Below, in pieces: positions 22,801 through 33,406 of a DNA stretch of 64,000 nt (position 1 is its first letter; each line of letters opens with the position of its first letter). The translations under genes and the position numbers were made by a program. The notes beneath the pieces were generated by a model. That model worked only from the letters and a program-made list of their open reading frames with translations, made no database searches and was not told the DNA's origin. Source of the DNA: Octopus sinensis (taxonomy: Eukaryota); contig NC_043004.1 in the NCBI RefSeq assembly GCF_006345805.1, positions 86,614,001 to 86,678,000 on the forward strand, in the 5' to 3' direction.

Positions 22801-24272
22801 TGTGTCAGATTCTTATTGATTCTGCAGTTCTTCAGGGTCCACTAGATGCCAATAGTAGCAGACATGTGCTCAACAATATTCTAGCTGTGATTAGAGTAAG
22901 CAACACATTATTATTATGAATTTTTTCTTCTTTCAATTTTGTTTCCATTTCTTGCAGAGTATCTTCCTGACTCCTCCTATTATTATTATTATTATTAAGA
23001 TGGTGAGCTGGAAGAATCATTAGCATGCCAGGCAAAATGCTTAGTGACAAGTGACAGTTCATCAATCCTTGTGTTCTGAGTTCAAATTCAGCCGAGGTCG
23101 ACTTCATCCTTTTGAGATTGATGAAATAGGTACCAGTTATGTACTGGGGTTTATATAATCAACTAACCCTCACCCCAAAATTTCAGGCTTGTGCCTTTAG
23201 TAGAAAGGATTATTATTATTATTAGTAGTAGTAGTAGTAGTAAGGCGGCAAGCTGGTAGAATCATTAGCACACTGGGCAAAATGCTTAGCGGTATTTTGT
23301 CTGTCTTTACATTGTGAGTTCAAATTCTGCTGAGGTCGATTTTTGCCTTTCGCCCTTTCAGAGTTGATAAAATGAGAGCCAATCAAGCACTGAGGGTGAT
23401 GTAATTAATTTATCCCCCTCCCCCAACTTTGCTGACCTTGTGCCAATATTTAAAGCCATAATTATTATTATCATTATTATTAGTAGTAGTATAGGGCAGC
23501 AAGCTGGCAGATTTGTTACTGCACCAGGCAACATGAACATTTTTTTAAAAACCATTGACTGGTTATTTGGCCAGCTAACCAATTGGTAGGCTTCCAGCAC
23601 TTTTCTTTCTTTTTTCTCTTTTTTATATTATTTTATATCATTTTTTTTTTATTTTATATTCCAGAAACTAATTCTTTCAGAAAATGTTCTCAACCAAACT
23701 ACAAATGTGATGTTTGCCATTTTGGTAATTTCCCAGACATTTTCAAATTTAGTTTTGATCCTTAAGTTTCTGCCATGGTTTAACAGTGAAACCGTATTGC
23801 TATATCTTGTTGAAACCACATCATTTTTAAACTCCTATGCATCTCTTTACTTTGATCAAACATTGAAACTGGAATCTGGTGGTATTCATTTCCAAACGAA
23901 AACAAACAATCTAGAAAATTCGAAAACTTCAGGCAACAAAGAAGATTTACAAGAAATATCAATGGATTTAATATCAGTGAATGATTCTAAGATAAGTGCC
24001 TCTTTTGTGTGTCATCTTTTGGACTCAATGTTTGATCTTCTCACTGTTCTAAAAGAATCGCAAATAAAAGAATCTCTCTCTAGGAATATTAAAAACATTC
24101 AAGAAAAATATGAGGTATTTTGGTAAAAAAAATAAAGTAAAATATTTAATTAAAAAACAACTCTTATAATTTCTTTTTCCTTTACTCTTCCTTTTATTTT
24201 CCATTGGCTTTTTATTTTGACAACAATTTATTTTAGTTTATTTATATTTGATATTGCTCACAGGAAGACTAA
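721..24272 (+). CDS. GEMIN4: GEMIN4 orthologue (SMN complex subunit), whole spliced CDS, 16 coding exons, 3285 nt / ~1094 aa
   Basis: Exons join in frame with GT-AG boundaries. Peptides match remembered human GEMIN4 in order: LDWTVKFRL vs LDWTVGLRL; LIPNLLSSECILVCQFLKHLLHQKQLVVP vs [53 protein letters not shown] vs [35 protein letters not shown] vs EVLKEFVLPFL. Length is close to the human 1058 aa. Confidence 0.88.
1249..1596 (+). CDS. GEMIN4: GEMIN4 exon 2 (IKESNKD...GYYMR)
   Basis: tttctctgttctag acceptor, open frame, AGG|gtaagg donor, N-terminal GEMIN4 similarity. Confidence 0.88.
2253..2699 (+). repeat. Copy 1 of a ~447-bp direct duplication (copy 2 at 12905-13354)
   Basis: About 18 differences by hand alignment (~96% identity). 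Confidence 0.85.
2772..3699 (+). CDS. GEMIN4: GEMIN4 exon 3 (NLILLDE...RNPS)
   Basis: atttcag acceptor, 928-nt open frame (ORF 2820..3734), CAG|gtaagg donor, phase 0 to 1. Confidence 0.92.
4314..4368 (+). CDS. GEMIN4: GEMIN4 exon 4 (DVFLEMFANRKIDDWKDK)
   Basis: ttttacag / AG|gtaaat, phase 1 to 2. Confidence 0.82.
4568..4953 (-). mobile_element. SINE-A (tRNA-like head, CORE-like ccttgggcaagtgtctt box, internal CA/TA microsatellite)
   Basis: Full-length copy of a family repeated more than 12 times in the window. Confidence 0.8.
5369..5498 (+). CDS. GEMIN4: GEMIN4 exon 5 (RFFEYIN...EKYLQ)
   Basis: tttcctag / CAG|gtatgt, phase 2 to 0. Confidence 0.85.
5684..6486 (-). mobile_element. Retroposon-like repeat with (AAT)n tail, interrupted by SINE-B at 5873-6127
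   Basis: GC-richer block bounded by (TTA)n tracts; SINE-B sits inside it. Confidence 0.45.
6501..6735 (+). mobile_element. SINE-C with an alternative 3' tail
   Basis: Tail ccccttgtgggcaataaagaaataag, also at 13360-13585 (-). Confidence 0.7.
6919..7092 (+). CDS. GEMIN4: GEMIN4 exon 6 (VLLNAFA...IKDIK)
   Basis: atttcaag / AAG|gttaca, phase 0 to 0; FTMELNKLT resembles human LNTTFNQLT. Confidence 0.82.
7573..7788. mobile_element. Decayed copy of the 63796 MITE family
   Basis: Shared tttgacagagtaatctgaatg...gttaa end. Confidence 0.5.
8321..8428 (+). CDS. GEMIN4: GEMIN4 exon 7 (IPYKISQ...MDVIVK)
   Basis: cctttcag / AAA|gtaaga, phase 0 to 0. Confidence 0.85.
8634..8885 (+). mobile_element. SINE-A, 3'-truncated
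   Basis: ggctgtgtggtaagaagcttgcttc head plus (TA)n. Confidence 0.75.
9147..9785 (+). repeat. SINE-B with a 129-bp unit tandemly amplified ~3.5x
   Basis: Unit starts at 9270, 9399, 9528; near-identical copies. Confidence 0.85.
9786..10163. mobile_element. MITE with ~65-bp terminal inverted repeats
   Basis: aattataattagggttcagctaact...gaaattagaaacaggagtt mirrored at 10100-10163. Confidence 0.65.
10420..10497 (-). ncRNA. Mirror copy of the type I hammerhead on the - strand
   Basis: Reverse complement of 11978-12055. Confidence 0.85.
11978..12055 (+). ncRNA. Type I hammerhead ribozyme, predicted cleavage after GUA at 12051
   Basis: GCGG-CTGAAGA-A-GGCC...GGCC-C-GAAAC-ATAT-GTA-CCGC: complete core, stem I 4 GC bp, stem II GGCC/GGCC plus ACAGA/TCTGT, palindromic stem III ACATATGT. 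Confidence 0.85.
12147..12371. mobile_element. piggyBac-type MITE, same family as 46790, opposite orientation
   Basis: Similar internal sequence; ends gtatcaagag-TTAA. Confidence 0.5.
12517..12693 (+). CDS. GEMIN4: GEMIN4 exon 8 (MLQLLPN...QQLLT)
   Basis: Long pyrimidine tract plus cag / ACA|gtacga; QQNTFIKLLQQL resembles human EKQFLELLNCL. Confidence 0.85.
13360..13585 (-). mobile_element. SINE-C with alternative tail, young
   Basis: CpG-intact head gcggcgagctggcagaaacgttagc. Confidence 0.75.
13662..14050 (-). mobile_element. Decayed RTE-clade LINE 3' end
   Basis: GIRCCVQERRLSW...GKGRLRK...VKVDLEMLDL; ends in catccaacccttgcaagcat...(cat)n like SINE-B. Confidence 0.65.
14195..14399 (+). 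mobile_element. SINE-B 3' part
   Basis: Family tail plus (GAT)n. Confidence 0.7.
14447..14819 (+). CDS. GEMIN4: GEMIN4 exon 9 (PFSIGVC...TLVQ)
   Basis: catctccag acceptor is the only one giving phase 0; AAG|gtgagt donor. Confidence 0.87.
15595..15950 (+). mobile_element. SINE-A
   Basis: Head and tail match 4568-4953. Confidence 0.75.
16179..16580 (-). mobile_element. SINE-B
   Basis: (CAT)n plus cgtttaacgtccgtttt... Confidence 0.75.
16743..16837 (+). CDS. GEMIN4: GEMIN4 exon 10 (GNIVLWL...LDWTVKFRL...END)
   Basis: ttttacag / GAT|gtaagt; strongest motif match (LDWTV.RL). Confidence 0.92.
17027..17700 (+). mobile_element. Two SINE-B copies (17027-17328, 17450-17700)
   Basis: Family motifs. 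Confidence 0.75.
17839..17896 (+). CDS. GEMIN4: GEMIN4 exon 11 (VNQSICCQFLKTQNLLHDC)
   Basis: ttctgcag / G|gtatgt, phase 0 to 1, bridges exons 10 and 12. Confidence 0.8.
18102..18229 (+). CDS. GEMIN4: GEMIN4 exon 12 (DLSQTLN...LALAQ)
   Basis: tttgtag / CAG|gtgagt, phase 1 to 0. Confidence 0.86.
18291..18968 (-). mobile_element. Chimeric SINE: A-type head, middle module, B-type tail
   Basis: Head 18785-18968, tail (CAT)n at 18291. Confidence 0.55.
19823..20400. mobile_element. SINE-B copies (19823-20030 -, 20250-20400 +)
   Basis: Family motifs. Confidence 0.7.
20495..20627 (+). CDS. GEMIN4: GEMIN4 exon 13 (LIPNLLS...FFDIT)
   Basis: ttttttcag / CAG|gtaagt; clear human similarity. Confidence 0.9.
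21240..21960 (-). mobile_element. Chimeric SINE (21240-21700) plus SINE-B (21715-21960)
   Basis: Family motifs. Confidence 0.6.
22080..22703 (+). mobile_element. SINE-B, longest copy (internal ~60-bp subrepeats, RTE-type tail, (GAT)n)
   Basis: Ends ccaacccatgctagtatggaaagcgaacattaaatgatgatgat. Confidence 0.75.
22780..22895 (+). CDS. GEMIN4: GEMIN4 exon 14 (GLQEYSG...LAVIR)
   Basis: attttag / AGA|gtaagc, phase 1 to 0. Confidence 0.82.
22998..23470 (+). mobile_element. Two tandem SINE-C copies
   Basis: Family motifs separated by (ATT)n(AGT)n. Confidence 0.75.
23665..24114 (+). CDS. GEMIN4: GEMIN4 exon 15 (KLILSEN...QEKYE)
   Basis: ttccag / GAG|gtattt; 450 nt open; SQTFSNLVLILKFL..ETVLLYLVET resembles human TQVFCHALHIMAML..EPLYVLALET. 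Confidence 0.85.
24264..24272 (+). CDS. GEMIN4: Putative GEMIN4 terminal exon (ED-stop)
   Basis: gctcacag acceptor then GAA GAC TAA; AATAAA at 24608 and 24661 downstream. Confidence 0.55.
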   Translation, partial: ED

Positions 24273-26894
24273 ATACATAAGAATATCATTATTATCCACC
24301 ACTAGTCATAATGTGCTTCTTCATGTTGTAGCTTTCAACTGATGCCACCCCACTGGCTAAGTGGGTAGGTCTAAAGTGTATAATTGACCAAAATCATGAC
24401 ATTCCCTTTAAACAGGAAGCCAATCCATTGCAGGGTAATTCGTTTACAAGTGGAGTAATGTGAAATGAAGTGTTTTGCTCAAGAACACAACACACTCCCT
24501 GGTCCAGGAATTGAAACCACAATTTTGAAATTATGAGTGCAAAACCCGAACCACCAAGCCACACACACACACTTCATTTAAGAATATATCCTTATATATT
24601 TGCTTAAAATAAATAACAATATTAACATAAAATTTAATTAATTTTTAAATAATTTATTCAAATAAATTGTTAAATATATAAAAGGCAAATACAAAACAGT
24701 TTTAAAAAGTTAGTTACAAGTTTCAGTATTTGGACTGCAGCCATGCTTGAGTACTGACTTCAAGTGTTTTAGTCCATCATATTGACCCTATTACATATTC
24801 TAGTCTGGTTGTTATTTTAACAATTTCTATTAACCAAATTAATAATTCATAAACTTTAAAGGAACACAATAACAATTGGTGTAAACATGAATACAGGTAC
24901 AGATTCACATACATAAAAACATGTATAGCTTAAAATATAAAATGCCAAATGTGTGTTTTTTTTTGGTTGGTTTCCTCCCTTTCTGATATGGTGGTGGGAC
25001 GAAGACTGTCCTGAGAGAGATAAATAGATAGGTGGAAGATTGACTAAGTGTGTGGTGAGTGGAGGGTGAAGAGGCCAGCAAGTGAGAAAGGAAGTCATGA
25101 AAGCAGATGCTGAAATATATAGAAATGCAAACAGGAAATGGGAATTAGAGAGGTAAAGTGATAAAATAAAAGATATATTGAGAGTAGACAAATGATAGGG
25201 AGAAAAATGTGTGTATGGTATTGAGATGTGAAGTAGGAGAGTGAGTGGACTTTAAAAGAATAAAGATAACTGACAGAAGAAAATGGAACAAGGCTTGAAG
25301 TGAAAAGATGTATATGTGCTGTGTGTGTGTCTGAATGTGTATATATTTATATATACATACATACATCAGGTTTCTACACAGTTTCCTTCTATCAAGTTCC
25401 ATACGCCAGAATATCAAGGCTAGAGTATGAGACAGTTGCACAGTAAGATCACATCTGGATCCATGTACTTACAGAACAAACACTCTAGTCACACAGTCAT
25501 GTTTTAGAGTTTATTAAATTAAGCACAACTAGATGATAAGCTAGTTGGTGCTTAGTGTACAAATTAGACAGAATAATGATAGTGCATTGCATACTTAATT
25601 AATGTTTGTTAGTAAATGATTGATTATTAGATCAAATTATGGTTTTTCGCAGAAGTAGATTGTTGATGAACTCTGTTTATGATGTCTTCTGGTTGGACAG
25701 AAGGATTTTAAAATTGGCATTGAATAAACTTTACAAGTTGTTATATATATAAAGTAAATGGTGAAAAGAAGAAAATGTGTATTTTAAAGGTGTCCTGTTT
25801 TGGCGGGGAAATACATTGTTGCAAAAATTTGTCTTTAGTTTTGGTTGATGCAGAAGTAAACAAAATTGCTTTCTCTCATCATTTCTTTGTTACTGAAAAA
25901 GAAAGAAAAAAATTTGTATATATATAATAATCTGCTTGTTCATTCGCCAGTTATACATTAGTTAATTGCAGAGGTAGAGAGAGAGGAAGTGAAGAAAGGA
26001 GAGAGGAAGAAGTAGAGAAAGCTGATTATTATTAATACATTTAGGCCAAATGCATCACGTGGTCAGCTGAGGGTAGAAGAGAAGAATGACAGAAAAAGGG
26101 GAAGGAATACTTATTACGTGGTTAAAAAGTTAGCTGAAGAGAGAAAGAGATAGCGGGGGTAGCAGTTCTATTGAGAGAGAGACAGACAGATGGTGGTGGT
26201 GGTATATCGATATTGAAAAATATTGAGAAAGAGTTATTTCCCATGGACTAGTGTTAATAGGTTAAGTACTGTGCATTAGTTTATGTTGCTGCTCTCCCTT
26301 TCTTGTACTGCAATTTATCATCTCCTTGAGCCATTCCTATTCTTTCGTCTTCCCCTTACACTGATACATACCATTAACGATACCTTCTCCCTTATTCCAT
26401 TCACTTCAACACCCATCTCTAACCGTCTGTTACTCTCCTTTCATACTTGAATGAATTCATCTAAGATTATTTGTCTGTATTCTCTCTAATTAATCACTTT
26501 CTTGTGCTTTGAGATTATACTCTGACGCCTCATCCTCACCGGTATTGTCTTCTTTATAGCTAGACCCGCATGCCCTTATATACTGCAGAGAAGCCATGTA
26601 TTTCCTCTGTAGCAAGGTATAAAGCCATCACCCTCTTTGCTACAACCCCACTTAGACAAGCATCTTTTCTTTGTCTTGTTAGCTACCTAGTCACCTTGTA
26701 GTGCTGGTATCATGGAAGAAGCACTCAGTACATTTTGTAAAGTGGTTGGTGTTAGGAAGGGTATCCAGCTGTAGAAACTATGTCAAAGCAGGCATTGGAG
26801 CTCAATACAGTCCAGCTCAATGGATCCAACCCTGGCTGGTGGGGAAGATGAATGTTAATTGATGATAAATATATGATACGTTTTTTTCCTTCTT

Positions 26895-27115
26895 AAAGCA
26901 GCAAGCTGGCAGAATCATTAGTGTGTCAGACAAAACGCTGCAAAACATTTCTTCCAGCTCTTTCCATTTTGAGTTCAAATTCAACTTTGGTCGACATTAT
27001 TTTATTGACTTACGAAGGATGAAAAGCAAAGTACTAGTGAAGTACATGGGTTAATGTAATCAACTTATTCCCTTCCATCAAACTTGCTGGCTTATGCCAA
27101 AATTTTAAACCATTA
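26895..27115 (+). mobile_element. SINE-C
   Basis: Family motifs. Confidence 0.6.
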
Positions 27116-28862
27116 TTTTAATTAAATTGGTATTTCTATTTTTTTAATATTAATTTTGACAAAAATTTTACTTGGAAAATAAAAGATGGGACCTTATTTC
27201 AGGGACCAACTTAATAACATCAAAATAAATTTAAACTAGCAGACTTGAAACTTCAGTGACTTCCACATACTAAAATGGTACCAGTATTCCAATAACTCCT
27301 TTTCCAAGCAAAAGAGAAATCAAACCATCAACAGTTATTGAAGAAGGATCAACAACAAGAAAGCTTCTATGTGGTCACTCAACTCAATAGAATTAGCAAC
27401 CAAATTTGCTTAAAATCTACTCTGCCACCCTTAAGAAAGAGGTATTGGACAATTTACCCCTTGATATAACGAGATGGTCACGGCTGGAATGATTCGATTA
27501 TAAGTTTGCTGAATCAGAAGAGTTTACTTGGTTATGTGGTTAATGACTGCAGCGGTGCAATATCTCGGATAAAATAATCTGACAATTTCGATATTTGCTG
27601 TGGAATAGAATTTGTAACTGTAAGGATTTATCTCCCTTTGACTATCATATATATTAAAGCACCAAATCTATAATTACATTTTTTAAATAGTAAATAATAT
27701 TTTTACTGTTTATCAAAAAGAAATTAAAATAAATGTGACGCTTCTATTAACCTTTATATATATATATATTTTAGAAATTAATTTTCAATTTATTCAACTA
27801 ATTTCTTATAAATGAAACCACACCCACTGTACAATATCAATATTTGTAACATTACACCATTTTCTGTAATAGAATGTTTTATGTTTTGCACCTTACTAGG
27901 ATACAACATGAGCTAAGTAGAGTCCAAAAAGACTTGATGCAGAATCCCCATTCTCGTTAGCTTGACTTTTAACCCAAATTAATGTTCTCGCAAATAATAA
28001 CTTTGTAGCTATTCTATCAATTTTGATTATGAAAAAGTATACCACTTGGTTGATCAATGAAACTTAACAGCATTAGTGGCTGGATAATCTACAGATACAG
28101 GTATCTTTCACCTAATACTTAGACAGAATCAGTGTGATTCTCTGTGTAACAAGACTCGTCTTATGAATTTTAAATGCTATTCCTCTGGTAGCCTTCTATC
28201 CCAAATTTCTTCCATGCAGTTTTAGTAAAAATTCGTAACGTCTTTTATCTTTTACATGCTTCAGTCATTAGACCATGGCCATGCTGTAGCACTGCCATGA
28301 AGAATTTTTAGTCGAATGAATCAACCCCAGTCCTTTTTTTTTAGTCTAGTACTTATTCTATCGGTCACTTTGACCAAACCGCTAAGTTACTGTTTACCAA
28401 AAAGGAATTCAATTGAAAGTGACACTTTTATTCTCTATTAACATGTTCACAATTACATAGTTATCACGTCATTCACTATCCATTCAGAAAAATCTCATAT
28501 CTTATCTAGTCAGTCTAAAATTTGATAATAAAAATAAACTATGTTTTTTTTTAACGAGGTCTAATAACATCGAAACATACTTGGAGTTGTCAGTCTACTG
28601 CAAAAGATAGGATTGACTCTTCAAGGAATTCTGGAGTAAACTTCTGAAATACTAACATCTAGAGTCACAAAACAACCAATCTAACAGCACTTCAGAAAAC
28701 TTTCGCTAATGCTTCAGCTTACATGCACAACCATCATTTGTAATGTGAATCCCAGACAAACAATATATCACATGGATTCTACTATATTTTAACCAATCTC
28801 TTCCTTGTCATAAACTTGATGGCAATGCCCAAATTTACTGATATTAAGAAACAAGGAAAATG

Positions 28863-29200
28863 ACATCATCATCATCATTTAACATTGCTTTCCATACTGG
28901 CATGGATTGGATAGTTTGACTGAGGACTTGCAAACCAGATGGCTGCACCAGGCTCCAATGTGATCTGGCAAGGTTTCTACAGCTTGATGCCCTTCCTAAT
29001 GCCAACCACTCCAAGAGTGTAGTGGGTGCTTTTTACTTGCCACCAGCACAAGAGCCAGTCAGGCAGTACTGGCATCGATTACACTTGAATAGTGCTTTTT
29101 ACATGCAACTGGCACAGGAGCCAGTCAGGTGGGACTGGTAATGACCACACTTGAATATGCTTTTTACATGCCACCAGCATGGGACCAGTCAGGTTGCATT
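28863..29200 (-). mobile_element. SINE-B
   Basis: Family motifs. Confidence 0.7.
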
Positions 29201-29204
29201 GCTA

Positions 29205-29592
29205 AGTTTTTTCTAGCGGTGTCATATGAAATTGTCACCCATAATTATGACCCTAGTATCGATCTATTGCATTTCAATCTATTTTAGGGTTAGGGTGGAG
29301 GAAGGGTATCTTTTTTTCTTCACAAATGTAAGTAAACCCAATCTGTTTCTTAAATTAGGGACATTTTCATGCGGCACAGAATGTTGTTTACCTAAATGGA
29401 CATCAGTGATTGGTTAAAATTGCCGAAATGCAAGAAATTAAACACGAAATATGTTACAAACTATAGAATTTTCTCAATAAAGCCAAAAGAAAATGATGTT
29501 TTATAAACACATTCTACCAGTATACGAAGTTTAAAATTCTTTAGCTACCTAGAAATTATGTTACAAACTGCCGTTCAAACCGAAAAGATCCC
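29205..29592. mobile_element. CpG-intact interspersed repeat fragment, class unresolved
   Basis: Abrupt compositional change; terminal aactgccgttcaaaccgaaaagatccc; interrupts a SINE-B copy. Confidence 0.3.
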
Positions 29593-30749
29593 AAACCCAG
29601 ACTGCATCTCGTCTAAACTAACTCTCTCCCTAATTAGTTGGGGTATGACCCTCTCCATGACTGTCATCACCTGATCCAATAACTTGATACCTCTGTAATT
29701 ATTCGTATCTTATGCATCACCTTTACCTTTGTAGCAGTTGACTATGGTGCTGCTACACTAGTCATTGGGTATGACTCCTTCATGTATTCCCAATGAACCC
29801 AAAATGTGAAAACCCAGACAAAATATTACATGAGTATTCACACACACACAAGTTGAAACCACTTTACAGAAGAAGGCTACCTCTTTAATTAATAAATGCT
29901 GTCATGAGACCTCATATGAATAGCAAGTTCAGCTCTCAACAAACAGAACATGCAGCACACATTTGAACTAAGGGACTCTTATCCTTATTTCTACTTGAAT
30001 GGAGAGGGTTCTCACGGCAGTTTCGTCCAGCTCCTGACTAAAACAGAGGCAAGATGATTACGGCTTGAACATCATTGATTGTCTCTTCAGCCTGTATAAT
30101 AATTTACTTTATGGACTTCACAGTAAGACAGGGCAAGATCAACTTTGATTGAAATTTGAACTCAAACTACATTCTTGAGAACCTATGTTTATTAATTTAG
30201 CAGCTGTCAACAACAGGTGGTAATAGCCAGCGTCAGTTCAATGATATACAAAAGTTGATATATGGTAACATGCTGGTGAATAACTCAACAAAACCGGTGC
30301 AATAATAATACATTTTATTTGTCTTTATCACCTTTGAAGCTAACAATTCCTATACCATTACTATGAAATATTATCTCCCATCATCGAACTCTTTAGATAA
30401 AATTATCTCCCTTATATCATTTTTGAGACAATGCATTGTTTCCCCTCCATATTTTCTTGTTATTGCAGTTTTATAGTCCGATTTATATATAAGAATAAAA
30501 TTGATCCATTTTTTTCCATGAAAAATATTTCTAGCGTTGAAAAAAAAATGGTCAACATCATTTTTAAAGAAGAAGAATATTTGATTAAATCAACAGTCTG
30601 GTAGTTTTGTTACTTATCATAAGAATGTCACAAAAGCACATTGAAAAATCAACAGGGAAATTTGAACAGAACGCAGTGATTCACAACCTAATGCTCAGTG
30701 TTTTTTTCTTAATTTACCAATAAATAATACTCACCTTCGTAGTTTTCAA

Positions 30750-31530
30750 AACAAAAACCTACTCCCTCCACAATACTAGTCTCAAAAAGTCTTCATGTGA
30801 ACGTGACCTGGGTGTCATTGTTGACAGTGATTTGCGTTGGACAAAACACATCGCTAAATTTGTCAAGAAGGCTGAGGATGTCTTGGCATCACTCACCAAA
30901 TCCTTTGTGAGCCGCTCTCCGGCTATCTATCTGCGGCTTTATATAGCTATGGTAAGACCTCACCTGGAATTTGCAACACCGGTCTGGAACCCCTATCTTG
31001 CCCAGGATATCAATCGTCTGGAAGCTGTTCAGTGACATGCAACCAAAAGAATACCCTCCATAAGGCATTTGCCATATCCTGAACGCCTTACTTCCCTGGG
31101 CATGGACACATTGAAACTCCGACGTCTGGCAGCTGACTTGGCAGACACCCATAAAATTATCAACCATCGTACAAACAATAACTCTGAGCACCTTTTCAAA
31201 CTCCACCCATCTAACACCCGTGGACATATTTACAAAGTAAGAAAACAGCACAGCTCCCATGACTTCAGGAAACATTTTTTCACGCTGAGAGTTGCTGAAG
31301 CATGGAACAAACTGCCGGCATCAGTTGTCGGAGCACTGCATCCTTCAAAACTTCCATGCTTTCTGAGATTCGCCAACACTACACCTGATTTTCTCCCCTC
31401 CATACACACACAAGCATGTATCTGACTCATACACTGTTCACTTTCCAGACATTTGTACATTACTGCATATACTCTGAGAAGTTGTGGTGCACCTGAGCAC
31501 TGTATACAATAATTTCATTATTATTATTAT
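30750..31530 (+). mobile_element. 5'-truncated CR1/L2-type LINE: RT C-terminus, 3'UTR and (ATT)n tail
   Basis: ERDLGVIVDSDL, VRPHLEFATPVWNPYL, LKLRRL, FFTLRVAEAWNKLP motifs; one TGA at 31033 (probably from CGA) and a small deletion near 31325. Confidence 0.9.
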
Positions 31531-32494
31531 ATAAAAAATTATTACGTTCCTAGACGAACAATAAAAATTGGTCAAAAGAGCATACACTCACTCTCAGTTA
31601 TGCACAAGTGCATTGGTAATTCTCTCTAAAAAATTTTAAAGCAACCCCAAACACTCAAGCATTACTGTGGGTGATTGCAAGAATGAGGTGCTGGAAAAAA
31701 TACCAGCCACTTTCATGAACATCATCTTTTATTTTGACAAGACAAGATGCCGGTGATAAAATATTCACCAAAAACTGCACCTTGAGCACATTGTAAAGCA
31801 ATTGGTGATAGGAAAGGCTTCTAGCCAAAATGAACTGTATAAGCAAGGTGTGGTTTCTGACCTGTTTTGCAGGGAGTAACTCTGAATAAGAACTGCTTTG
31901 GATGTTGACAATCTATCTGTATCATGCCAGCATGAAAAATAGATGTAAAAAGATGAGGAGGTGCACACACACACACACACACATCATCAACATTATTTTC
32001 ACCATTATTTGATGTTTGGTGTCAATGCTAGCATGGGTTGGATGGTTTAACAGGTGCTGACAAGTCAGAGGACTGCCAAACAACTGTCTGCTTTGATATG
32101 GTTCTTACAGCTGGATGTTCTTCATATCACCAACCATTTTACAGAGCATACTGAGAAAATACATGAGGTCACCAATTAACTGGCAAGATAAGACGCCTCA
32201 GATGAGTGGAGTGTAGTCTGGGGGAAGTGACTTTATAATAGGTGATGAGAGGTTAAAGTATAGGAAAGGTGTCTTGCTATAGAGAAGATATATGGTTACT
32301 CAAGCTGCAAAAAAAGCGAATGTGTGTGTGTGTGTATACAAGTACCTGAACAAATATAAAATGTAGTGATTATGTGATATTTTTGGATATTTTCAGTGAC
32401 AAATTTTCAAAAGAATATTTTTAATACATATATGTGATTTAGTTTCACTTACACTATCAACCTCTTCTTTATCCATTTATTTGCAATGAAGGCA

Positions 32495-32620
32495 TTAATC
32501 TTCATGGTTGGACCTTAAAGGAACTAGAGCCAGAATGGTTCCAATGATGATTCCAATAACACTCAGTAACAACAGTAAAACTACCCACCACCAATGTTTC
32601 ATCCATTCACTGCAGCAATC
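32495..32620 (-). CDS. Orphan tail-anchored protein, last exon (DCCSEWMKH-WWWVVLLLLLSVIGIIIGTILALVPL-RSNHED*)
   Basis: ttctctctttctgttacag acceptor, phase 0, clear hydrophobic TM helix, TAA stop. Confidence 0.72.
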   Translation of the reverse strand, partial: DCCSEWMKHWWWVVLLLLLSVIGIIIGTILALVPLRSNHED

Positions 32621-33182
32621 CTGTAACAGAAAGAGAGAAAGAAAAAAATTAAGATATGCATATAAATGTGCTAACAAATAACACATACATACATGTACAC
32701 CAAGGTATTTACATCCTAGATTTTTAATTGCATATATAATTAAATTATGTAATTAATGCATCTTTGTGTGTGTGTGTGTGTGTTATTTATATGGTTGTGT
32801 GGTTAAGAAGTTGACTTCACAACCACATGATTTCAGGTTCAGTCCTACTATGAAGCACCTTCAGAAAAATACCCTAAACTATAGCCACAAATTGCCTTGT
32901 GAGTAAATTTGATAGGCAGAAGATGTGTAGAAGGTTATCACACACATATATACGCACTTGAACAGCTGATAACTCAATTATTATTTCCTTTTAGGTTTAA
33001 CCCAAAAGAAATAGAAAGAAGTCAGGGTAAGCTTTGAACAATGGAAATTTATCCTACAGTGTTACTGGAAGGGTGAAAAAGCAGTCAAAGTGCAAAGGTA
33101 GTTTAGGAGAGAGTTTCAAACAGATCCACCTATAGAACTTTATTTTCACTAGAATTAGAGATAAGTCTGAAGCAAATGGAAC

Positions 33183-33346
33183 TCTTTTACTTGTTTTCAT
33201 GCTGGAACCTTTAGTTGAGCAAATCGACCCCAGGTCTTATTCTTTGTATCAGTATCTTTTGCCAAACTGCTAAGTTATGGGGACGTAAACACAGCAGAAT
33301 CGCTTGTCAAGCAATGTTGGGGGGGACAAACACAGACACACAAATG

Positions 33347-33406
<60 letters not shown>

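Noticed and set aside
23681-24114. Alternative acceptor at 23680 for exon 15
   Set aside because: Wrong phase after exon 14; 23665 gives the in-frame join
29284-29297. TTAGGGTTAGGG telomere-like motif
   Set aside because: Only two units, inside an interspersed repeat; no evidence of a fusion site
30728-30740. Strong - strand donor AAG|GTGAGT at the CR1 junction
   Set aside because: No supportable acceptor or exon upstream; gene 2 already has an in-frame stop
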